From contig NC_045138.2 of the NCBI RefSeq assembly GCF_008831285.2, positions 12,462,001 to 12,526,000 on the forward strand: a DNA stretch of 64,000 nucleotides, in the 5' to 3' direction. Below the pieces are notes generated by a model. It was not told the origin of the DNA, made no database searches, and saw only the letters and a program-made list of their open reading frames with translations. This document shows, piece after piece, positions 52,455-64,000 of the stretch. Position 1 is the first letter of the stretch. The number at the start of each line of letters is the position of its first letter. Source of the stretch: Nymphaea colorata (lineage: Eukaryota). Both the position numbers and the translations under genes were made by a program.

Positions 52455-52515
52455 CAAGAAGTCGAGGGAAAGATATATCGATCGGGAGATTTCGGACATC
52501 TACTTGGTCGGACAT
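52455..52515 (-). CDS. C53: C53 exon 1 (start codon at 52515)
   Basis: MSDQVDVRNLPIDISFPRLL+G|gtaatt, with the conserved LPIDI motif. The ten exons sum to 1695 nt, i.e. 564 aa plus stop. Confidence 0.93.
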
Positions 52516-53452
52516 CTTTCTCGGGATTTATCGCCGGAATCAAATAACGGAAGGAAGCACCGCCAGTCGCACGGTAGCAGACGAGGCAGAGGAAGCGCCG
52601 GAAAACGATTTTTTGTCTCAGGAATTTCAATTTTATCCCTCGCTCGCCGAGACAAACACAAAAATCAGGAACTATTATTCAGAAAATGGGGGAACATGGA
52701 TTAAATTCCCGATCGATACCCAAAGATCATAATGTTACAGGTTCATGTGTTCGGATAACAACGTAAAAAACTGGTTCCCGTCAAAATACGGTTTTGTGAA
52801 AACTATTTTTTAATGAGTTCTCAATCTATGGTTTGTGGCCCGGGCGTATAACACTTTAGGAATTGCATGACACTAAGTTGGTTAGACATCCATGGCTAAA
52901 CAAAAACTTATGCCTTGGTTACTAGTTCTTACTTTTGGCCACTCACACAATTTTTTGATAGTTGAGTGTGGCTTCAAAACCTTAAGTGCCTTCAGACCTC
53001 CAAACGGCCGAGCTTTTTGTAGAAACAGTTGCGATAGTAGGTTTGTTCCGTTGTGAAGGCAAAGGGCAGCAAAGTTGTTTTTAAGGTTGGAACATTTCTT
53101 TCATTCACTCAAGAACATATATACAGTTGCAGTTCCTAGTTGCCTCGCAAAGGTATTGGAGATGACTTTATATAGGCATCCTTATTACATTATTTTACCA
53201 GTTAACGTAAATACAATGGAAAAATACGTGTCATCTCATCTGATAGCACGTGGTCGGTTGAAGGGTTGATCTTGCTTTTCTTGCCCATTTTCAAAATTTG
53301 AATGTACAAGCGATTTGGTCGTCCCTTCAAACTTAACTCTTAGTGGAGTTCCATATTGACTATGGGATTTAGGACAACCAACTATGGCAGTCCATCGTGT
53401 GTCCCACACTCTTCTTTTACATGGGTTGGGCTATTTAGCCAGTATATGTATA

Positions 53453-53887
53453 ATGTCATGGATCGAATTCGGATCAGATATATTATTAATCATATCCGCT
53501 TGTTTGGATATTCACATATTCAAATTTGAATAAAGAAAAGTCATATCCGAATCCAAAATCCGATTTTACAATCTAAATCCGATCCAAATCCGATTTTTAT
53601 ATTTATATCTGAATCCGAATCCAAATTTTGAACCGGATTTTGCCAATTTTCAAAAGTTAATAGCATTAGATATAAGATATTTGTCTAAAAATGAATCTGA
53701 TTCGAATCCGTATTTGAATCCAATTAGATATTTATGTATATCTGAATCCGAATCCAATCGGATGCCATTTATTGAATCCGAATCTGATCCGATTTTTTAA
53801 TCAGATATTAAATTTTTTTCCATATCTGATTTTTTCAAATCGATTCGATTGAATATCCGATTCAAATCCGATATATTGACATCCCTA
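53453..53887 (+). mobile_element. MITE (hAT-like) with many ATCCGA repeats
   Basis: Ends ...ATTGACATCCCTA. Left end ATGTCATGGATCG is a decayed TIR. Homologous to 60158-60610 on the opposite strand. Confidence 0.8.
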
Positions 53888-54345
53888 AGTGCATGGACTT
53901 CTTCCTTTGCAACACAGCTGCCAAGATAGATGCTCTCACAACTCTGTCTGAATATCCCTCGCCACACCATTCACTAGCTGTGTAATGGCTTGATCGACCT
54001 TCATTTTCACGTGCTGGCAAGTGTCTAGACGAAGCCAGCCTTCAAACAATGGCAAGTTTGTCACTGCTTGAAGGGCATTACTCACATGCAAATGCCACCG
54101 ACTAAGTCAAGGATCACCCAAAAGCTACGCTAAGGATAATGAACTCCACACAGTAACCTAAGCAACAAGGTGACAAGTTAGGCTTCAACAAGCAAACAAG
54201 TTTTGCCTTGGGTAAAGCTTGGGCCATCTTATAGGCCTTCCCCACCCACTGAGCTCGACGACCCTACCAAATCAGCAAGTTAGTGCTTCACCTGATTGTT
54301 GAACTGCTAGAGGGAACCATTTCACTCCTATCACAAAGAACTCAA

Positions 54346-57300
54346 CGGAGGGAGATTTCCTCATGCATACACAAAAATGAATATGCCCTAAACAGGATAA
54401 TGTTCATGCTAAATCACTAAATTAAAACTTTAACTGTAGGGAAAGCGTACTTGAATTCATCTAAACGGCACAAACAGTAGATCGTAGTGGGATCTTCCAA
54501 GGCCTGTGCGGAGTACGTGCGGTTTCTCTCAGATGAAAAAGAAACAACCCTAAAATGCGATGTTTCAACTCCGTGCACGACCCCAGGGACCACTACCATT
54601 TTATATTATGAGCAATTACGAATTCAACCCATCAAAGAATTCATAATTACATACAGGTATCTATACATTATAAAATATTTCATACCATATTAAATGACGT
54701 GATATCCCAAAACGCAATCACTTAATCAGATATTTACATTAAAATAGTCATAATGTTTGAAATTCTTCATTGACATATGCCGGCCCACCAAATTATCCTT
54801 ACAATCTCCCACTTGGGCCAAATATGTCTTTATACATTCAGACATTACATAAAACCTTAGGAGCTCATAACTGCTATCTTATTAAATGTCATTTTCACCA
54901 ATCTCGTCCATGATCATAGCAATATAGAACCAAAGCGGCTTTCGTTATATTAAAATTAGTTAAACCTTCAATGATCACAGACGTAGACATAATCAATGAC
55001 ATAGATCTGGTATGCATGTATAACATGAGAATTATATGTAATGTGATTACAACATGTCTATTCTCAACTGGTCCTACTTTAACACCTTGCGGAGATCAAA
55101 AACATAAACACATAATGGAACTAAAGAACTTTAAACTATATTATACAGAAACTGAATATGTGTCCATACATAAGAGCAAACAAAATATAAAGTTCCACTA
55201 AACCAGCATATCATCCAAGGATAAAACCCCCATACGAACAATATGTTCGTGAAAGACCTTGGGTGTTAAACTTTTAGTAAGCGGATCCACAATCAGAGAG
55301 TTTGTCCTAATATGCTCTAAAGACACCTGATTATTCTGTATACTCTCTTTAACAGCTAAAAACTTAATGTTGATGTGCTTTGACTTTGATAAACTGCGAC
55401 TATTATTAGAGTATATGATTGCTGAATTATTGTCATATAATAACCTTAGTGGTATTTCTACACCATTCATAATGCGCAGCCCTGTAACAAAATTCTGCAA
55501 CCACAAAGCATAATTGGACACCTCGTAACATGCTATGAATTTTGCTGTCAAGGTTGAAGTAGCTACTAGTGTCTGTTTGACACTTTTTCAGGATATAACT
55601 CCTCCAGCCAATAGAAATACATAGCCTGAAGTAGACTTTCTACTGTCTTGGCACAAAATAAAATCAAAATCTGATTACCCAATGATCTCCAACTGGTCTG
55701 ACTTCTTGTATGTGAACATAAAATCTTTTGTTCTTTGTAAGTACCTCAATACTCTTTTGGCTGCTTTCCAATGATCCATATCAGGATTACTTAAGTATCT
55801 GCCTAACATTCTAACGATAAATGCAATTTTCAGACGAGTACAAACCTGAGCATACATAAGGCTTCCCACAACAAATGAATAGGGAAGCCTTTTCATTTCT
55901 TTAAATTCGAGTTCACTTTTAGGGCACTGTTTGAGACTAAACTTGTCTCCTCTAGCAACTGGAGTATCTCCTGGTTTACAATCTTTCATGTCATATCGCT
56001 GAAGCACCTTATCAATGTAGGTCTTTTGTGATAATCCAAGAATATTCTGAGAACGATTTTGAAATATCTAGATCCCCAATACAAAAGATGCATCACCAAG
56101 ATCCTTCATGTCAAACTTTGTTGAAAAAATTTCTTAGTTCATGCAATATACCCACATCATTATTTGCCAGCAATATATCATCGACATATAAAACCAGAAA
56201 GATAAATTTACCTCCACTGAACTTTTGGTATACACATTCATTAACCATATTAGTCTTGAAACCAAATGAAACTATAACTTGATGAAATTTGTAATATCAC
56301 TGACGTGAATTTTGCTTTAGCCCATAGATGGATTTCTTAAGTTTGCAAACCATTTTCTTTGCATCCCTTGAAACAAAGTTTTCTGGTTGCACCATATATA
56401 TTGTTTCATCAATGTCTCTATTTAGAAACAATGTCTTTACATCCATTTGATGCAGCTCTAAGTCAAAATGAGCCACAAGTACCAATATGGTCCTGAAAGA
56501 GTCTTTCGATGAAACAGGAGAGAAAGTCTCTGTATAATCAATGTCTTCCTTTTGAGTAAAGCCCTTTACGACAAGACGTGCCTTATACTTTTCGATGTTT
56601 CCTAATGAATCCCTCTTGGTTTTGAATATCCATTTACAACCAATGAGTTTCACACCTTCAAGCAAGGGAACAACGTCCCATACGTCATTACCCATTATGG
56701 ACTTTATTTCATCATTCATGACATTTATCCACTTATGAGATTTAAAACTCTTTATTGCTTACCGAAGGTTAATATGATCATCCTCCATTAAGCTCATATC
56801 AACATCATGTTCTTGGAGATAGACAAAATCATTTGAAATTGTACTTTTCCTCTTTCTAGTGGATCTCTTCAGTGGTATCTCTATTTGATTTTTTTGAGGT
56901 TGTTGAGTTTGTTCTTCAGTAGGGAGACCGACATCATTGCCTTCTTCTGAACATGTTGATCGAACAATGGCATGAATAAAGACCTGACTATTGCTTACAA
57001 CATCTGTATAAGTAGACTCAGGTCTATTTTCAAAGGCAATGCTTCTAACCTGATCACCTCCTCCAAACTCAATATCCTCAAAGAAATGAATATTTTCTGT
57101 TTCAAAGAAAGACTTACTGGTTGAATTATAAAACTTATAACCCCTTGACATTTCTGAATATCCAACAAAATAACATCTAACCGTCTTAAAGTCTAGTTTC
57201 CTTTCATTTGGCTTATATGGCCTCACTTCAGTTGGACATCCCCAAACATGAAAATCTGTCGGTGGGTCATCGCCTGCCAAACCGACCGGATCTCAGCCTT

Positions 57301-58207
57301 CTCCTTCCCAAATCTGCCCCTTTTCTCCTTTGGAAGGCTGCAACGGCGGCAAGGAAGCCACCGACAGGCCACCCAACAACGTGGGTGGCCACCGGTGGGT
57401 CACGCCAGGACGGCCGGACACCAGCCGCCCCCCTTTCCTTCCTCTTCCTCTTTTGTGGCTACGATGGAAGCCCGACGACTTCCATGGCCCACGTCGAAGG
57501 CCCGACAGCCAGTGGGTCGCACGGTCCCTTCCGGCGACAGTGACCTTGCAGGCCGTCACCCCTCCCTCTGCCACTTTCTTCGATTGCAACGGAAGCCCGA
57601 CGGCTTCCATCACCCACACCCTTGGGCCATGGAGGCCGTCGCCCCTTTGATTTTTTGTTACAAACGAAGAAAGAAAAGATTAGAAAAGGGAACAACGCAC
57701 AAAAAAACATCCAAAAAATCCAATGATTCAACAATGAACACAAAGCTCTGATACCAATTGAAAGGAGATTTTCTCATACATACACAAAAATGAATATGCC
57801 CTAAACAGGATCATGTTCATGCTAAATCACTGAATTCAAACTTTAACTATAGCGAAAGAATCCATCTGAATGGCACAGATGGTATATCGCAGTGGGATCT
57901 TCTAGGGCCTGTGCGAAGCACGTGCAGTTTCTCTCAGATGGGGAAGAGACAACCCTAGAAAGTAATGTTTCAACTCCTTGCATGACCCCAGGGACGACTA
58001 CCCTTTTATATTATGAGCAATTACAGATTCAACCCATCAAAGAATTCATAATTACGTACAGGTATCTATACATTATAAAATACCCCATACATATTAAATG
58101 ACGTGATATCCCAAAACGTAATCACTTAATCAGATATTTACATTAAGATAACAATAATGTCTGAAATTTCTCATAGACATATGCTGGCCCACCAAATGAT
58201 CCTTAAA
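54346..58207 (-). mobile_element. Internally deleted Ty1/Copia element; LTRs 54346-54803 and 57759-58207, TSD CTCAA
   Basis: CTCAA at 54341-54345 and 58208-58212. PBS complement GCTCTGATACCA at 57745-57756; PPT complement ATCTCCCACTT at 54804. Integrase tail, RT (KYKARLVVKGFTQKE, HQMDVKT, LVLYVDDILLA) and RNaseH (SKSKHINIKF) remnants with stops. Confidence 0.95.
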
Positions 58208-58259
58208 CTCAAGGTAGTAGCGAGACCTGCTATGTCCTTTCAACTGGTAGCCCAACATC

Positions 58260-60005
58260 CTCATAAATTTCAAGATTTATGGTTTCAAAAATTTTCATGG
58301 TTAGAATATTCTCCCAGATAGTGCATACTGTTTGCCCTGTTATCTTTTTAATATTGTAGCTTCAAATGACAGTTCATTTATTACTGAAGGATTTAGAGCT
58401 TGAAAGAGGGTGGGGTGGTAGTGAGAAAACATGTGCATTTTGTAGTGATAAGGGGTCAAGTCAAAATTTGCTCTATAATCTGAACATGCGAGCATTTAAT
58501 GACTTAAGTAATCAAAAGAAACACATAAATAAAATGATTGAAAAACAAAGTTCAAAGTTTGTTCACAACAACCGTTTGAGATTGAAGGCATCTGTAGACA
58601 CAGTTCGTTAATTAGCATTTCAAGCTTGTGCTTTTAGAGGCCATGATGAAAGTTTAAGTTCATTGAATTAAGGTAACTATATTGAGTTCATTAAAATTTT
58701 AGCTAATTATAATGATATAGTTGCACAAGTTGTTTTAGATAATGCCTCAAAGAATACTAAATGTACATCACCAATAGTTTATAAAGAAATTTTATATGTT
58801 TTTGCAAGTAAAGTGAAAGCTAAAATTATAGAAGAAATTGGTGATGCTAAATATTGTATTATTATTGATGAAACTCGAGATGAATCTAAGGGAGAACAAA
58901 TGACTGTTGTTCTTAGATTTGTTAATAAGCAATGTCAAGTTCAAGAGTGATTTTTATATGTCGTATGTGAGAGATACTACAACAATTACTTGAAGAATGT
59001 AATTTCTACTTTGTTGTCTCAACATAATCTTAGTATTCAAGATATACGTGGTTAAGGATATGATGGTGATAGTAACATGCGGGTGAATGGAATGGATTGC
59101 AAGCATTAATTGTGAATGAATGTCCTTATGCATATTATGTTTATTATTTTGCTCATAGATTACAACTAGCACTTGTTGTAGCTTCAAAAGAAGTTGTCGA
59201 TGTTCATAATTTTTTTGAATAGTTAACTTATGTAATTAATGTTGTTAGTACAAGCCGTAAATGTAATGATGAATTGTATGAAGCTCAAGCAAATGATATT
59301 GTATTTAGGGGTGTTATAAATGAACTTGAAACAGGAAGATGACTTAATCAAATTGAGTCACTATAGCAGCCTTGTGATACTAGATGGGGATCTCATTTTT
59401 TATTTGTGTGCAGTTTGATAAAAATGTTTGATGCAACATGTGTAGTATTGAAAAATTTAAGAGACAATGAATCAACATATCAAATATGGGGTGAAGGTAA
59501 TTCGGCTTACAACATGATTACATCTCTTGACTTCGCAATTTATTTTGCACTTGGTATAAGAAATTTTGGGATAAAATGATACTTTTTGTCAAGCATTGCA
59601 AAGACAAAGACAAAACATTTTAAATGCAATAGCTATGGTTTATAATATGAATTAAAGTTCCTACAAGAACTTAGGAAGACTGGTTGGGATGTATTTATAG
59701 ATACTGTGGGAGCATTTTGCATGACACATGATATCCTTATTCCAGAAATAAATGCCCAATATTTTGTCAGAGGATCACATTTTCATCGTGAACATAATTT
59801 TATTACAATGAGACATCATTATCATGCCAATATTTTTGTCGCTGCCATTGATTTTCAATTGATAGAGTTTAATAGTAGATTTAATAGAAATTCTATGAAA
59901 ATACTTCATTTGATGTCGACATTCGACTCTAGAGATCAATATGAGTCATTTAATGCACAAGATGGATACTTTTTGTCAGACATTGCAAAGACAAAAACAC
60001 TTTAA
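58260..60005 (+). pseudogene. Decayed hAT transposase (ZMYM1-like/DUF4371 type)
   Basis: FSWLEYS, YCLPCYLF, NRLRLKASVDTVR.LAFQACAFRGHDES, IIIDETRDESKGEQMTVVLRFV, GYDGDSNMR, YFAHRLQLALV and DTRWGSHF, with many stops and frameshifts. Confidence 0.92.
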
Positions 60006-60061
60006 TATTTACTTTTAAAGGGTATGGTTTTTGTCTCTTTCCATTGTGGTCTTGTATTCAT

Positions 60062-60095
<34 letters not shown>

Positions 60096-60157
60096 GTTAA
60101 CGTATACACTAATTGTAGCTACTTTGAAATAAAGTTGTACCTCCATGTTGTTTGTAA

Positions 60158-60610
60158 TATATCCGATTTGGAATGGATATCCTATTGAATTGTTTAAAAA
60201 AAACCAGATATGGAAAAAAGTTTAATATCCGACTAAGAAATTGAATTGGATTTAGATTTAAGAAATGACATCTGATTGGATTTGGATTTGTATTCAGATA
60301 GACATAAATATTTGATCGGATTCAGATAAAGATTCAAATCAGATTTATTTTTAAACAAATATCTTATACGTAATCCTCTTACATTTTGAAAGTGGGCCAA
60401 ATTTGGTTTAAATTTTAGATTCAAATATGAATATAAAAATCAGATTTAGATCAAATTCAAATGGTGCAATTAGATTTCTGATTTAAATTTAGATATGACT
60501 TTTCGTTGTTAATATTCAAATATGAACTCAAGTCCAAATATATGAATATTTGAAAAAGCAAATATGGTTAAAAGTACATCTTATTCGAATCCAATCCATT
60601 GGCTTCCCTA
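60158..60610 (-). mobile_element. Second copy of the 53.5-kb MITE family, inverted
   Basis: Reverse complement reads TAGGGAAGCCAATGGATTGGATTCG...GAAAAGTCATATC...TATAAGATATTTGT.TAAAAAT.AATCTGATT, collinear with 53453-53887. Confidence 0.8.
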
Positions 60611-61638
60611 AGTTTCATGCTCAAAACTGTGGCTAGTAAAAAAGGAACGAATGTTGCAATTTGCAACCACCACGGTTTTCGCTGCGAATATCATTGCCAT
60701 TACTGGCGATGAAAAGATTTTTCTGTGATGGCAAGGCTTCATACCGATGTTCTAGACCGGTGCCAATGAACCATTTTGACGGAGTGAATAATCAGTGGTT
60801 TAAAAAATGATTAATTTACATATCTGCTGTCAGGTTTTCTGGGCTTGAAAATCGTATTGTAGTTATCTGCAAGCAAAAGAAAAATGGAAAAAAAAGTGTA
60901 TGACAGGCTCATTATTATTGTTTATGGCCTGTTGAAGGATAACTAAAAAATAGGTTTGATTCATCTGTAACGCACTGTTTTATTGATCTACCACTTTTTT
61001 CCTTGGGCATGTTCATGAGATAGTAATAATTTGTTATTGATGTCAAATGGCCTCTAAATGAAGGTCTTTTTTTTTCTAGAAAACTTTTTAGTCATTCATG
61101 TCGAGGAATGCGTACCTCCTAACCGTGTTTTCTGGCAGTGAGTTCCCTGCACCACTCTCACAACGAATATACGCTTGGATTTCGAGGTATTAAAACCTTT
61201 GCTGACGAAGAAATGAATACTTTGAACATTTTAGGTCGTTTTTGTCCTCATACGTGGGCTTCTTCACCAAAGGAATCCTGGCCATTTCACATCTCGGTGA
61301 GACGAAAGATCGTCGACGGCAGTGTTGCATACAACCAACTTCATTTCTCACGTTTATACGGAATCTTCAACGAAGATGTATATACTAAAGTGTCGTAAAA
61401 TAGAAGACACTTGGCCTCTCATATTTTTGTGGGATTTTTTTAAACTATAAAAAAAGTGCGTACACTTCGAGATAACTCGGACAACAAAGCAGCCCCCAAA
61501 CTTTCTCGTGTGAACATGGGTTTACACTGTTCAAGTTCTTCCTGAACAAATGGGAAAACCGAGATCTCTGCAATTGACGCCATTCCACTCTTTCCTCCAG
61601 TAATCCAAACAACATATGGATCCAGTGCCTCTCTTATT

Positions 61639-61673
<35 letters not shown>

Positions 61674-62047
61674 GTGTGTGTAAGCATGTATGTATCAAAA
61701 ATTGGCATGCAAAGGCCACTGATAACAAAGCTGGTTATATGCACAAGCTGGGGCACAATACATAAGTGCATAAGCTTGTGTACATGACAATTTTCTTTAG
61801 GAGTAGGTCAGGGGAATCCTGAAAGTCTGCCAAGAGTCTACATGTCATATACTGAGAGCTGTATACGATCCACCGAGTGCACATAACCATCTCTCCATTT
61901 ATATACTTCTGTATACAAGAGTAACTATTTGTGCCTTTATGGGTGTGGGCAGACATGTACAGAGAGAGGAAGAGATGATAATGGACATTCCTTTTAATTT
62001 GTTCTTAGTCCCTATGTATGTGTGTGTGTGTGTGCGCACTTATGTAT

Positions 62048-62197
62048 TCACTCTGGCTTGGGCCGAGCCAGCCACAAGGAACTGAGAGCACGAAGCCTGT
62101 GGAAGTACTCGCCGATGGCAAGGAAGCAGCGCGCTGCTTGCCGCACTGTGAGCAGCCTTGGCAACTGGTGCAGTGTCTCCCGCCTCAACTTATCGGC
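62048..62197 (-). CDS. TGA-type bZIP transcription factor, last coding exon (upstream exons not found in the window)
   Basis: atgcag|ADKLRRETLHQLPRLLTVRQAARCFLAIGEYFHRLRALSSLWLARPKPE*, the hallmark TGA C-terminus (TGA9/TGA10-like). Not in the ORF track. Confidence 0.93.
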   Translation of the reverse strand, partial: ADKLRRETLHQLPRLLTVRQAARCFLAIGEYFHRLRALSSLWLARPKPE

Positions 62198-63589
62198 CTG
62201 CATTCTCCAACCGTTTAGCAAAGTAAAAATGGGAATAAAGACAAAACACCTTTTTATATTAAATTATCTACGGCAACAATAAAAAGACTCAAGCCGATTA
62301 TTATAGATATATGATGCATGCGATATTGCTCAAGGTCAAAACATGCATGCCTCTACTTCTCATGCAATAGAAGAATTCAACCACCCATTAACGGCAAACA
62401 AAAAAATGCCCATAAAAATAAAGAAAAAAACTTTTTTATATTAAATATCTACAGCAACAGTGAGTGGTCTGTTAGTTTTCTATACCCTTAATATCCTTAC
62501 AGAATGAGGAGCTTTTCATTTTTTGTAAAGTCTCCCAGTGCATGTTGGCCAAGTCAGGGGAATAAACTCTCGATTCAAGTTGTTTTTTAAACTTGGATCA
62601 CAACCAAGATGGCTTATAAACTCAGGAAAAGTATTGCCAATCATTTCTTTAAATAATTCAAATGGTTGTGAAGTATTTGTGAAGACACGAGCTTAACGCT
62701 GATAGACACAAAGGTACATAGAAGAATTGACCCAGAAAGCAGGCAAGAGATGAAGCGAAAAGTGTTTGTTTCACTACAAACGGATTACCATAACATAGCT
62801 TGCTTACTAGAAGTCATACCTGCCATTCGACTGACATTCTCATATGTTATTTCTTTCGACACAAAAATAACCGGACAGAACTATCAGTTTCAGTATGCCG
62901 AACCGTTGGTCATTTGGATTGGCATGAATACTTCCGTAGAAATACTTGGGCCTCCTTCCCCTTTTATATACCAAACTCGGTATCAAATCTCAATCATTTT
63001 ATGCTACTAGGGCATACATTTCTCGGCCTTGTGGCTAAGATCAGGTGTGTTTACGCTGCTAGGGTTATGTTCAAAGTCAAGGATGGCTTTGGAATTAAAA
63101 AATTTGGCAGCTGTTGTGTCTACCATATCTCCCTTCTAAGATGATTATTAAATAATAATTACATAAACTATTAAACATTTGATGTTTTAATAAATAACCG
63201 CTTAATATTTTAAAAAAATTACAAATAAACCCTTAAGTTAAAATAATTATATATAAGCAAACACTTAATTAAATATTAAAAGATTTAAAGTACTTTTTTA
63301 CCCCCACTAACAAAGAAAATGCTTTCAAACAATCCACATTTTTTGAGCTGGTCTAACCATGAATCCATTTTGTATAAAGTGTGTTATAGAGAGGGACAGA
63401 GAAAGAAAAAGCCACCAAATAAAAATATAATTATCAAAATAGGTGACATGCTATCATCAAAAGTTATAAAAAAAGATGTGACAAGAAAAAAAGCATAAAA
63501 TACAAGAGAGAGGTGGAGAGAGAGAGAGAGAGAGAAAGGGAGAGAGAGAGGGAGAGAGAGCTATACAGCAACAGATAGCAACGATAGAC

Positions 63590-64000
63590 ATCACACCTAG
63601 TCAATGGCACAAGAAGAATTGCAGGAATAAAGAAAGAGCTCAATCATATTGAAAACAAGGTTGAAGATGAAGACAATTATGTTAGGGAACTTGTATGTCC
63701 TCTGGGAGGAGCTTCATGAGTCAATGGCACAGGAAGAGCCAAAAGTCACATTTTAGATCTAGATCAAGATGGAAGGATTTATACAGACTAGCAAGGAATG
63801 GAAGGCAGTTTCAAAAATTTATTCTTGATCTTCTAGGTAGAAAGGATGACTCTGGAAACTTGATGTGAGGTCTCCTTGAAGGGCATCTTATATCTGCCCA
63901 GGGAAATGCAGAATTGTTGAGATATGTTTCCCTTAGTGAGATGAGAAAATGGTGCTTTCAGTTGATAAAGAGAAGGCATCTGGTCTTGATGGCTTTCTAG
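63590..64000 (+). mobile_element. Decayed LINE (L1-like) ORF2 fragment, probably inside the TGA intron
   Basis: Ends ...DKEKASGLDGF, resembling the KAPGPDGF motif that precedes the L1 RT domain. Preceded by GA-rich sequence. Confidence 0.65.

Noticed and set aside
57208..57751. Five overlapping GC-rich ORFs on both strands
   Set aside because: This is the GC-rich leader of the Copia element. Few stops are expected at this composition and no protein motif is recognisable.

Overview
Plant nuclear DNA. The matK fragment resembles Nymphaeales matK as I recall it, so this is probably a water lily or relative; that is inference, not a search result. From left to right the window holds: (1) the first two exons of a secreted alpha-carbonic anhydrase gene (minus strand, runs off the left edge); (2) an old, decayed mosaic of plastid DNA (NUPT, about 5.5-28.8 kb) built from five plastome blocks: ndhB-rps7-rps12, trnQ-rps16-trnK-matK, petA-psbJLFE, rpl16-rpoA and rpoC1-rpoB. 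Later insertions into this NUPT are a 3.1-kb PIF/Harbinger-type element carrying a captured tRNA-splicing endonuclease (SEN2) fragment, a truncated Copia and a 111-bp satellite; (3) a decayed Ty3/gypsy element; (4) a complete 10-exon CDK5RAP3/C53 gene (minus strand, 564 aa by my exon arithmetic), whose 8.8-kb intron 7 holds nested transposons; (5) an internally deleted Copia with both LTRs and a 5-bp TSD, a hAT transposase pseudogene and two inverted MITE copies; (6) the last exon of a TGA-type bZIP gene and a LINE fragment at the right edge. I found no prokaryotic-type novel system. The most unusual items are the gene-capturing Harbinger-type element inside ndhB, the alternating-orientation NUPT mosaic, small elements sitting in (TA)n tracts, and an altered canonical ATG8-interacting motif in C53. 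All homology calls come from recognising sequence by eye; no alignments were run.
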